From positions 1 through 11,912 of the forward strand of contig NW_021826865.1 of NCBI RefSeq assembly GCF_006345805.1: 11,912 bases of DNA. The letters run 5' to 3'. The position numbers were made by a program, and so were the translations under genes. The notes beneath the pieces were generated by a model, which saw only the letters and a program-made list of their open reading frames with translations, searched no databases and had not been told where the DNA came from. Each line of letters begins with the position of its first letter. Within the stretch, counting starts at the first letter, position 1. The DNA is from Octopus sinensis. Lineage: Eukaryota. Shown here in pieces: positions 1 to 9,109 of the stretch.

Positions 1-397
1 GCAAGCGCAGTATGTGTGTGTGTTGTGTGTGTGTGTGTGTGTGTTGTGTGTGTGTGTGTGTGTGTGTGCCTTCTGAGCATTTCGGGCATCCTCCATCCGA
101 TTGCGCTCAGATTTGATATGTACATACCGGTGGTATCAGGGCGCGTATAAGTCTTAAAAGAATTACAAAAATCGATTCCAGGTGAGAATGTGATCGATAA
201 AGCTGTGGGAACGTTCATTTCTACGCGCGAGTACATCAGTCGAAATCCGTCTTTTGCTGGTGTCTCAAATTTAGGTTAAATCACTGTTTCCCAAAGGGGA
301 GGTCTGTGGGACGGTCGGACAAGTTGTTTTGAGAAAATTTGGTTTAAATGTTTGACAACTCAGCACCGTCCATTGGACGGGGGTCGTTTTGCTCGTT
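1..397 (+). mobile_element. Possible non-autonomous rolling-circle-type element (Helentron/DINE-1/HINE-like), 5' end outside the window
   Basis: Microsatellite near the 5' side, GC-richer body, perfect palindrome CCGTCCA-T-TGGACGG at 366-380, then GGGTCGTTTTGCTCGTT and an abrupt switch to AT-rich sequence at about 398. Class is inferred from architecture only. Confidence 0.4.
12..68. repeat. (TG)n microsatellite
   Basis: Direct reading; two single-T interruptions. Confidence 0.95.
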
Positions 398-519
398 ATA
401 TATATAAATGTATAATAACTGTATAATATATTATGTTAATGATATTTATTCTCCGATCTGAAACGACAATTTTTAAATATAAACAAATGACTGCTGAAAA
501 ATGATAAGCTAACCTCAAG

Positions 520-711
520 CGCCTTTAGTCGAGCAAATCAACACCAGGACTTATTCTTTGGAAGCCCAGTACTTATTCTATCGGTCTCTTTTGCCGAACC
601 ACTAAGTTACGGGGACGTAAACACACCAACATCGGTTGTCAAGCGATGTTGGTGGGACAAACACAGACACACAAACATATACACACACATACATATATAT
701 ATAATATATAT

Positions 712-758
<47 letters not shown>

Positions 759-925
759 TGCATATATACGACGGTTTTTCTTCAGTTCCGTCTATCAAAT
801 CCACTCACAAGGCTTTGGTCGGCCCGAGGCTATAGTAGAAGACACTGCCCAAGGTGCCACGCAGTGGGAGTGAACTCGGAACCATGTGGTTGGTAAGCAA
901 GCTACTTACCACACAGCCACTCCTG
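520..925 (-). mobile_element. tRNA-derived SINE, family A (octopus OR-type/CORE-like), 3' tail truncated
   Basis: Highly similar to 6611-7010 and 9583-9995. Minus-strand head has A-box-like TGGCTGTGTGG and B-box-like GAGTTCACTCCC; internal (CA)/(TA) tract at about 661-768. Confidence 0.9.
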
Positions 926-1049
926 AATTATCTATGTTTGTAAGTTACGCAACAATTTGAATTTTCTTATTGCTAAATATAATTTCATCGAACTATTTCT
1001 GTCACTTCTGACTTCATATATGTAGTCATAAATGAGAGAAATAGCATAT

Positions 1050-1061
1050 TGTGTGTGGTGT

Positions 1062-1110
<49 letters not shown>

Positions 1111-1128
1111 GTGTGTCTGTGCGTGTGT
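1050..1128. repeat. (TG)n microsatellite
   Basis: Direct reading. Confidence 0.95.
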
Positions 1129-1161
1129 AAGTGCGCACGCGTGTATACTTCGGATTTTTCA

Positions 1162-1260
1162 GCAAATCCACTCAAAAAGCTTTGGTCGACCTATGGATAT
1201 AGTAAAAGATACTTGCCCAAAGTGCCATACAGTGAGAATGAACCCAGAACCATGCGGTTC
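1162..1260 (-). mobile_element. Diverged fragment of SINE family A (part of head plus core)
   Basis: CAAATCCACTCAAAAAGCTTTGGTCGACC...ACTTGCCCAAAGTGCCATACAGTGAGAATGAACCCAGAACCATG aligns by eye to about 796-890 and 6876-6970. Confidence 0.85.
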
Positions 1261-1279
1261 CAATACACATGTCTTTTAG

Positions 1280-1460
1280 AAGAATATGATCTGGTTCAAC
1301 CCACCGTTTAACAAAAGCGTTAAAACGTTTGTCACCGAAGCAATTCTTCTATTTAATTCACAGTCATTTCACAAACACCCCGAGCTTCATAAATAATTTA
1401 CCAAGAAGCAGTTATTCCAAAACTTTTGCAACAGGAATTTTAATTTCGATAAATAACTTA
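1280..1460 (+). pseudogene. Penelope-like element ORF fragment, region C-terminal to the RT core
   Basis: Manual translation KNMIWFNPPFNKSVKT (WFNPPF at 1292-1309), then after a frameshift KQFFYLIHSHF...SYSK...ISINN. Resembles the IWFNPP...F..LI..HF...SYS linker that I recall follows RT in YRDD-type Penelope-like elements. Confidence 0.7.
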
Positions 1461-1476
1461 CTGGTGATATTAAATA

Positions 1477-1758
1477 CCGTATTTGACGGCATATTAGACG
1501 CACTGGCATATTAGACGCACCCTCATTTCAGCAGGTCAAATTCAGGAAAAAAAGTTTTAAGTGTATTTAAGCATATATTGTTGAAAGCAGTCTAGCAGCT
1601 CATTACAAAAGCAGAAAACAATGCTGTATAAAAGCAAGCATACAAAAGGAAAGCATACAAATTACAATAGTAATCATCTTTAATCATCTTTTTAACCTAA
1701 CAATTTACGGTAGATTGCTTTGATTTTTACGATAATTCGTATTTTAAAGTAATAATAC

Positions 1759-1799
<41 letters not shown>

Positions 1800-2000
1800 G
1801 CAATAAAATAATGATGCATGAGTACGGAAAATATCATCAAGGCGTTAGCGCAGGTAGAAATACTTATCGTAAGCTAGGTTAGTGAGCGTCTGGGAGAAGA
1901 TTAGCCTACGGGAGGGTCTTGACTTCGCATATTAGACGCAGGGCGATTTTTTAGCCAAATTTTTTGGAAAAAAGTGCGTCCTATATGCCGTCAAATACGG
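1477..2000. mobile_element. MITE of the Tc1/mariner superfamily, Tc2/pogo-like (CCGTA termini)
   Basis: 27-bp TIRs CCGTATTTGACGGCATATTAGACGCAC / GTGCGTCCTATATGCCGTCAAATACGG with 2 mismatches; TA on both sides (1475-1476, 2001-2002); no coding capacity; internal (AAT)n at 1762-1799. Confidence 0.92.
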
Positions 2001-2002
2001 TA

Positions 2003-3160
2003 ATTGCTTGATGACTGACGGTGTGTCATTAGTATCATCATTTGGTTTATGCTAGGGTCTAAAATTGTTCATATGAAAGGGAGAAAATTAACTTATTTAA
2101 GGTTAGCATTATTTGAGGTTTTTAGGTTTAGTTGGCTAAATATTTTGCATGACTTTTTTTCTTATTTTATCCATATAGTGTTCATTTTTATTATATGCTA
2201 CTCCAAGACCGTCGTCCCTATATACCCCCATGTCAGTTTATTTTATCTCTTTTATTAAAGAACATTTAGAATGTGAAGGCTAACCTGATTTGGTACCTCT
2301 GCACCATCATAGCTCTTCTTAGAGACCTCAAATAACTGGTCCCCATTCTTTTTCCACAACAGAAATTATTTGAAAAATAATCACTTCCTTGCATTCATTA
2401 TTATGGCTATATCAGGATTAGTGACGGTTATATGTGCTTTTGAAGCAGGTTTTGGAGATCGAGGAGTCAACTCCACGATGACGAACTCAATAAATTTGTA
2501 TTTGGACTTCAGTTTTATTGAAACATTCAATTTTCTTGAGCCATTTCGTCTTAACTTAAATTTTATTGAACATATCCATTGAGTAAGGTCTGAGGATCTC
2601 TGATGTGTCGTATGATCTCTAATATAGATATGATAATAAAGAATAATTTGCTTTTCGTGGGATTTGTCTATCTACAGCTAAGGTCTTACTTAAAGGTTTT
2701 GCCTTTGTGGTCTTTCAAGGTTATAAAATGTTTACGTGGGGTGATACCTTCTACCCTATCTTCGATTTTACTTTTCATGACTAGTTTTTTTGCCTCAGCA
2801 TTGATTGAATTATAAGTAGTAGGGTTCATGTTCTTATATGCTTTGGTTATGTTATTGACTAGCAGTTTGTTATGTGTGTGGTTATCTGCCTCATCAACGA
2901 CTTTTTGTTTTATCTGCTTTTATAAATCTGTTTGGAGATTTTCTAAAAAGATTCAAGTTATGTTTGTAATTTGTGTTGGAAGCTGTCAGATCTATGGTTG
3001 AATTTGACACATTAAACTAATTTTATGAGGTGGTAGGTTTTTGTAAGGTTTAAAACCGTAACTATCCTCCGAACGAAGACTGGTCTTTATCTAAAAAAAA
3101 AATAGGCCTTCCATTTCATTCTTCTTAGGACGTCTTTTGTTTTATCGATACCATGCTTGA
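2003..3160 (-). pseudogene. Decayed Penelope-like element reverse transcriptase
   Basis: Minus-strand motifs in the expected order: IDKTKDVLRRMKWKAYFF (about 3150-3097), YGFK, FITLKDHK (2727-2704), CR*TNPTKS, KFIEF, IIMNARK, WKKNGDQLFEV, SYDGAE (2314-2297), GVYRDDGLG (YRDD 2222-2211), ANLK*VNFL, HKPND, PSVIKQL. Many stops and frameshifts. Confidence 0.88.
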
Positions 3161-3169
3161 CGTAGACAC

Positions 3170-3240
3170 CTGCCTGCTTGTCTGTCTGCCTGTCCGCCTG
3201 TCTGCCTGTCTGCCTGTCTGTCTGTCTGTTTGTCTGTCTA
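3170..3240. repeat. (CTGT/CTGC)n tetranucleotide repeat
   Basis: Direct reading; abuts the 5' end of the Penelope-like fragment. Confidence 0.9.
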
Positions 3241-3298
3241 TCAATGAATCTATCTGTCCATGTATCTTCCTTCATGTTGCTATTGTTCTCGCAGGAGA

Positions 3299-3326
3299 AG
3301 CAACAGCAACAGCAACAGCAGCAACA
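3299..3326. repeat. (AGCAAC)n short hexamer repeat
   Basis: Direct reading. Confidence 0.8.
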
Positions 3327-3522
3327 GTACTATTAGTGCTAAATCTTCTCAGAAACAGGGTACCACCTGAAATCCAACCAACCAGAAATTATCTCACAGT
3401 CAACCGCCCTAACTTGTTTATCTCTCTTGGTGGATTCTTCAAGCATTTAACTCTACAAAGTAACTGGCCAGCATCTGCAGACAAGTGCCACAACACAAGC
3501 ACGCGTTTGGGTCCCGTAAATA

Positions 3523-3755
3523 TATTTCTTTACTACCCACAAGGGGCTAAACACAGAAGGGACAAACAAGGACAGACAAACGGATTAAGTCGATTATATC
3601 GACCCCAGTGTGTAACTGGTACTTAATTTATCGACCCCGAAAGGATGAAAGGCAAAGTCGACCTCGGCGGAATTTGAACTCGGAACGTGACGACAGACGA
3701 AATACAGCTACGCATTTCGCACAGCGTGCTAACGTTTCTGCCAGCTCGCCGCCTT
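3523..3755 (-). mobile_element. tRNA-derived SINE, family B, apparently full length with 17-bp TSD
   Basis: Minus-strand head GGCGGCGAGCTGGCAGAAACGTTAG (A-box-like) and GAGTTCAAATTCC (B-box-like); central GCCTTTCATCCTTTCGGGGTCGATAAATTAAGTACC; direct repeat TTTGGGTCCCGTAAATA at 3506-3522 and 3765-3781. Confidence 0.9.
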
Positions 3756-4082
3756 TTCGGGACCTTTGGGTCCCGTAAATAGTATATCTAGGGTCCATAG
3801 ATGCTAGGGGGTTCCCTGCTAATTACCAGCATGGCTTTCTTTACAGCATGTGACCACAAGAGTTCTTGGAAGGATTCTTGTTGAGAGAGATGGTGTGAAT
3901 GAGCAGATGTTTTTGACTAGTTGGCCATATACTTCTAGCAGCGGTAAGAAAGTTGCAGGAGGCGGAAATCAGCGAAGACAGCGTCAACACCATCTGTGCA
4001 TTATTGTGTAATGCTCATGATGTAAGAGATTCACATATGAGCGACCCGCACCTAACACACAGAATCACACCATGCAATACGT

Positions 4083-4193
4083 ACATATATACACATATAT
4101 ACACACTTATATCTATTCATTCACACAAGCGTATATATATGTATATATATATATGTGTATGTATGTATGTATGTATGTATGTATGTATGTATG
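4083..4193. repeat. Compound (TA)/(CA)/(TATG)n microsatellite
   Basis: Direct reading. Confidence 0.9.
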
Positions 4194-4209
4194 TCACGAC
4201 GGTAAAATA

Positions 4210-4335
4210 AATAAAATGAGTACCAAACATAAAAAAGAAAACATGTTCTGGGGTCAGATTATTCGACTAAACACTTCAATGATGTACTCCAGGATAGCCG
4301 TGGTCTAATGAATGAAATAAATAAAAGGTAAGAGG
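4210..4335 (+). mobile_element. Diverged SINE 3' portion (shared tail module)
   Basis: ATAAAATGAGTACC...CTGGGGTCAGATTATTCGACTAAA...CTCCAGGATAGCCGTGGTCTAATGAATGAAA resembles the tail at about 7385-7490. Confidence 0.7.
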
Positions 4336-4337
4336 TA

Positions 4338-5385
4338 CAGTGGCGGGGGGGGGATAAGTATTCGTACATGTCAAAATTCTTTATCTGATTTCTAATGAAC
4401 ATAAATGGGATACACCAATACTATATTTGCATACACATGCATAAACTAAGAATATGCAAAAGAAACTTATAAATTATAGTAACTAAGGAATTTATATACA
4501 ATTATAAATATTTAGGGGTGAAAAAAGTATTCTTCCAAACAATTCAATTTTCGACTCGTCTGTCCATAGAACATTTTTCCAGAATGTATCAGATTTATCT
4601 TTATGTTCATAAACAAATTTTAAACGGGCATCTCTATGCCTTTTAGTCAACAGTGGAGTTTTTCTAGGAGAGCGTGATTACAGTTCATTCCTATGAAGTT
4701 CACTGCTGATTGTTCATAGTGTAACACTAGTCTCTGAAGCTAACAAATCTTCTTGCAACTCCTTTCTGGTGATCATTGTGTTTTTTTTTTTTTCGATTCT
4801 TCACTTCATTTTTCTTAAAGATCTAGGGGAAATCTTGCATGGTGCACTGGATCTTATTCTGTTTTCAACAGTTCTCGATTTTTTATATCTTTGAATAAAT
4901 GAAGATATGGTAGAAAATAGAATACAAAGGGTCTCTGATATTTACCTGTAACTTTTACCTGCTTTCCATTGTTCAATAATTAAGTTTTTCACTGTATTTG
5001 TGAGTTCTTTACTTTTCGCCATTATTACGATACTACTTTATGTTGTTTCAGTGCTGAATGAAGAAACTATCGTTTTGACACTTAAAAATGACAACTGATA
5101 AGATTATTGGAACAAGCGAGAAAGTTCTAGTAAAAACAAATTATTTCAATAGTATTGTGTGGCATAGAAAATCATAAATTTATTCTGTACGAATCCTTTT
5201 TTAATCCCTAAATATTTATGATTGTACATAAATTCCTTAGTTACAATAATTTATTAGTTTTTTTCGCATATTCTTAGTTTATGCATCTGTATGCAAATAT
5301 AGTATTGGTATATCCTATTTATGTTCATTAGAAATTAAATAAATAAAGTATTTTGACATGTACAAATATTTATCTCCCCCCACTG
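4338..5385 (-). mobile_element. Tc1-family DNA transposon, IR/DR type with long TIRs, internally deleted
   Basis: CAGTGG...CCACTG termini flanked by TA (4336-4337, 5386-5387); about 195-bp imperfect inverted repeats at 4338-4532 and about 5187-5385; transposase remnant inside. Confidence 0.93.
4533..5022 (-). pseudogene. Tc1-like transposase, N-terminal half (paired-like HTH through the first catalytic Asp)
   Basis: ATG at 5022; MAKSKELTNTVKNLIIEQWKAGKSYR*ISETL...RSSAPCKISPRS...RSPRKTPLLTKRHRDARLKFV...FWKNVLWTDESKIELFG, then joins the TIR directly. Contains in-frame stops. Confidence 0.92.
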
Positions 5386-5409
5386 TATATCTTATTTTTA
5401 ATTTATGAA

Positions 5410-5482
5410 TAAAAACTTTCAAGGTGTTACCTCAGCACAGCGACAGTCCAATTACTGGAACAAGTAAAAGAAGATGAAGAAG
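5410..5482 (+). mobile_element. Diverged SINE/LINE tail fragment
   Basis: TTCAAGGTGTTACCTCAGCACAGCGACAGTCCAATTACTGGAACAAGTAAAAGA resembles AAGGCGGTGCTCCAGCATGGCCGCAGTCAAATGACTGAAACAAGTAAAAGA. Confidence 0.65.
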
Positions 5483-5874
5483 ATAGGTATTGTTTTACAT
5501 CAAAGGAATGAAACCGAATAATTGTTTAAAATATTTTGCATCAAATTTAGTTCGTTGTGCATGAGTAAATACGGCATTCATTGTTTTACATGATATATTT
5601 GATATAACTATTTATGTATGTGACTCCAAAATGATCGGGAAACAATGCGATAAATTTACATTGTATCTGCCTAAATACATTAACCAATATAGAGTTTTTG
5701 TAAAGAACACTGCGTGAATCCTGATTGATATTGAAAAGAGCAGAACATCGCTTGATGGATGAGTCTTCCTCTCTTTACTTTAGAACTCAGCAAATAGCAT
5801 AACTTATGACTTTGTTTTTGTCCATATATTTTTCAAATAAATAAATTACAGTCTGCCAAATTAGAAAATATTGC

Positions 5875-6218
5875 GTATGTGAGTATTATATATATATATA
5901 TATATGCGTGTGTGTGTGTTTATGTGTGTATGTGTATATATGTATGCATTTATGTATGCCTGTATGTGTATCTGTGTCTGTGTAAGATAAATATTTGTAT
6001 ATATACACACATGTAAAGATATATTCTTGCACACATGCCTCTCTGTCTTTTTCTCTCTGTATGTATGTACTGTATTATGTATGTATGTAGTATGTATGTA
6101 TACGTGTGTATATAATGTGTATGTATGCATACATGTATGTATGCATATATATATATTATATATATATATATATTATAATATAATATATATATAATATATA
6201 TATATAATACATATATAT
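5875..6218. repeat. Long compound microsatellite (TA/TG/TATG)
   Basis: Direct reading. Confidence 0.9.
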
Positions 6219-6502
6219 AGGCTTAGATAAAGAGAACGAAAACAAAAGAAGCTAACTTAGAGAGAGGAATTTGAAGAGAGCATAACCGAATGATAGCAGC
6301 ACAAATCATTGGCATCTACTGAAGAGGAAGAAACAGAAAACATGTTGAAGATTTTCATGGTTCTTTTATTTTCATTGGTATTAATAACTGAAGGGCGTCG
6401 CTTCAAGGATTCTGGAATGATAGAAGAAGGCCAAAGAGGTTAGTGTATTGGTCAGTCGGTTAGTGTGATTGTGTATGTATTTATCAATTTACATATATAA
6501 AT

Positions 6503-6543
6503 ACACACACACACCACACACACACACACACACATACACACAC
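6503..6543. repeat. (CA)n microsatellite
   Basis: Direct reading. Confidence 0.9.
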
Positions 6544-6546
6544 GTA

Positions 6547-6587
6547 GTGTCTGTGGAGTGCTCAGCCACTTGCTCATTAATTTCACG
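6547..6587. mobile_element. Short fragment of another interspersed repeat, probably a SINE 3' region
   Basis: GTGTCTGTGGAGTGCTCAGCCACTT...TTAATTTCACG recalled as part of a common octopus repeat; no second copy in this window. Confidence 0.4.
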
Positions 6588-6610
6588 TATGTATATATTT
6601 TTTAATTTTT

Positions 6611-7010
6611 TTTTTTACTTGTTTCAGTCATTTGACTGCGGCCATGCTGGAGCACCGCCTTTAGTCGAGCAGATCGACCCCGGGACTTATTCTTTGTAAG
6701 CCCAGTACTTATTCTATCGGTCCCTTTTTGCCGAACAGCTAAGTGACGGGGACATAAACACACCAGCATCGGTTGTCAAGCAATGCTAGGGGGACAAACA
6801 CAGACACAAACATTACCACACACATACATATATATATATACTATATACGACAGGCTTCTTTCAGTTTCCGTCTACCAAATCCACTCACAAGGCATTGGTC
6901 GGCCCGGGGCTATAGCAGAAGACACTTGCCCAAGGTGCCACGCAGTGGGACTGAACCCGGAACCATGTGGTTGGTTAGCAAGCTACTTACCACACAGCCA
7001 CTCCTGCGCC
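6611..7010 (-). mobile_element. tRNA-derived SINE, family A, full length
   Basis: Minus strand GGCGCAGGAGTGGCTGTGTGGTAAG (A box) ... GGGTTCAGTCCC (B box) ... GGCACCTTGGGCAAGTG (CORE-like start), internal microsatellite, tail ending GACTGAAACAAGTAAAAAA. Confidence 0.93.
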
Positions 7011-7120
7011 TATATATATATATATACATACGAATAAATACATACATAGATACATAGGCACATACATACACACAGATATAGACACAAACACAGACATATA
7101 CACGAACATACACACACACA

Positions 7121-7495
7121 TTAAGAAGTTTGCTTCCCAACCACACAATTCTCAGTTCAGTTCCACTGTGTGGCACCTTGGGTGAGTGTTTCAATACAGT
7201 CTCGGGCCGACCAAAGCCTTGTGAGTGAATTTCGTAGACAGAACTGAAAGAAGCCCGTTGTGTATATATATATGTATATATTTGTGTGTTTGTGCCTGTG
7301 TTTGTGATCCCCGCCACCATCGCTTGACAACCGACGTTGGTGTGTTTACGTCCCCGTACATTAGCGGTTCGGCAAAAAGTGACCGCTAGAATAATTACCA
7401 GCCAGGCTTACGAAGAATAAGTCCTGAGTCGAATTCTTCGACTAAAAGATGGTGCTCCAGCATAGCCACAGTCAAAATGACTGAAGCGTATAGAA
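7121..7495 (+). mobile_element. SINE family A, older and more diverged copy, 5' end clipped
   Basis: Reverse-complement match to 6611-6990 with more substitutions. Confidence 0.88.
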
Positions 7496-7575
7496 GAAAA
7501 TATAGGAATACACATATAATATATGCAAATATTATATGTGTATTCCTATATTTTCTTCTATACGCTTCAGTCATT
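7476..7575. repeat. 100-bp palindrome: identical 47-bp arms with a 6-nt spacer
   Basis: 7476-7522 is the exact reverse complement of 7529-7575; spacer ATGCAA. Confidence 0.95.
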
Positions 7576-7601
7576 ATATAGATATATATATATATACATA
7601 C

Positions 7602-7639
<38 letters not shown>

Positions 7640-7703
7640 TATATATACACACAACACACACACACACACACACACCACACCACATATATATATATATATA
7701 TAT
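7576..7703. repeat. Compound (TA)n/(CA)n microsatellite
   Basis: Direct reading. Confidence 0.9.
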
Positions 7704-9109
7704 CATATTAGAGTTTGCGTATATCTTATTTATGGGGCATCAGCTCTTCATCAGATATCAACACTCCTCCACAGTATCCAACTCAGAACCGATATCGATT
7801 TTCTCATTGATATGGCCTTTCGCATTCCTTCATATTCCTGCAGTCGTTAACACCCAAGAAAGTGATGCATCCTATAATTTTGTTTCAAATGTGGCGAATA
7901 ATTTTATATCAGATTTATCTTTGTCTTGCCTCTGATGCATTCAAGATGAAGCTTTTTTATGTTTTTCTCTTCAATTCTCTCATCGGTGTTGTTAATGAAA
8001 GACCTCCTGGATACAGCTACAAACCAACGACCTTGAAACTTTACTTGAAGCCAAAGTACATCTCCATAACTTTTACCTTACACGTCTCTTCACGTCTCTC
8101 ATATATCGAGCATTTCCTTTCAGTTCCCCATTCCACACAGCTTTTTCCAAGTTCAGTAAACTTCTCAAACAGGAATATTTTGTCAAGTAAAATCGTACCA
8201 GAAAACTCATGGTGGGGATTGTTCTGTGGTTATTGCAAAATGTTTTAGCAACACGTACACTTGCTCTAAATCCGACTACACATACTGGTAATTAGTACCA
8301 TTTAGAAGGTTGGATCTTTTTGCCTCTGCAGGCCCTTTTGTCTTTTCACTTTTCGCATTCCTAGTCATAAAGAACCGGATATATATTCATGTCGGTTACG
8401 ATCTTAATGACGTTTCATTGCTGTTTAAGTGCATCACCGCCGAATTTAAAGCGAATTTAAAACTCATTCATATTCTTTCAGAGATGACTGCTTTTTACCT
8501 AAAAAAAAATCTCCAATAATGTTCATGTACATCCTCTAAAAAGACGACAGCAATGTTGCTCCGGTCCCAAGGTTGACGATGGAAGCACATCTGAGGCAGA
8601 TAATAACATAAATGTCTTCATTTTCTACATCATTCTCCCCGTGAAATCCTTCGCTCATCGGTCCTCAGGTGCTCTTGTGCATTAGCATTCTAAACCCACT
8701 GCATGTTTCCTTAGCTCTTTCATTTCAACCTGTTCAAATATTCTGGCCGTAATGTCTCACCTTTCCGTTTATTATGGCAGGATTTTCCTTTATTTTGCAT
8801 CTGTTCAAGTCTGTCGCATTTGATCTACGAACCTCAGGTCACTTCTTTCTTTTCTGTGTTGGATTCTACACCGCCAAAAATATACTCTAGCTGTATACGC
8901 AATAATATTGACTTCATTACAGAAATTATGGGACCAAGGGAATTATGTGGGGCTGCATAGTATCTTGAAAGAAGAGATTAACTATTCACATTTCTATTAT
9001 CTATTAACTATTCAAATTTCTTATCTGCGCATTTTCTGATTTTCATTCAAATCATGTGGCAACCCATTTGTCAAATTCCGCCGAAGCTGGATCGATAAAA
9101 TAAGTAAAA

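Noticed and set aside
12-68. Single-base interruptions in microsatellites as a coded pattern
   Set aside because: Irregular; consistent with slippage or long-read consensus errors.
1488-1520. Direct repeat GGCATATTAGACGCAC x2 as a CRISPR-like array
   Set aside because: Only two adjacent copies with a 1-nt spacer, inside a MITE end, in eukaryotic DNA.
2378-2392. In-frame TGA in the Penelope-like RT (ARK*LFF) as selenocysteine
   Set aside because: The copy also has TAA/TAG stops and frameshifts and the position is not an evident Cys site; ordinary decay is sufficient.
3153-3626. 157-aa ORF as a real exon
   Set aside because: It runs through two microsatellites and into a SINE; no recognisable domain.
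4210-5482. SINE tails on both sides of the Tc1 element as a duplication caused by it
   Set aside because: The two tails differ substantially from each other and Tc1 duplicates only TA; independent old fragments are more likely.
6935-7010. tRNA gene at the SINE heads (also about 855-925 and 3670-3755)
   Set aside because: A and B boxes are present but each is fused to a SINE body and I cannot fold a convincing cloverleaf; these are tRNA-derived heads.
7700-7765. Second CUGAUGA on the minus strand (7748-7754) as a hammerhead
   Set aside because: No stem II closed by GAAA and no convincing stem I partner.
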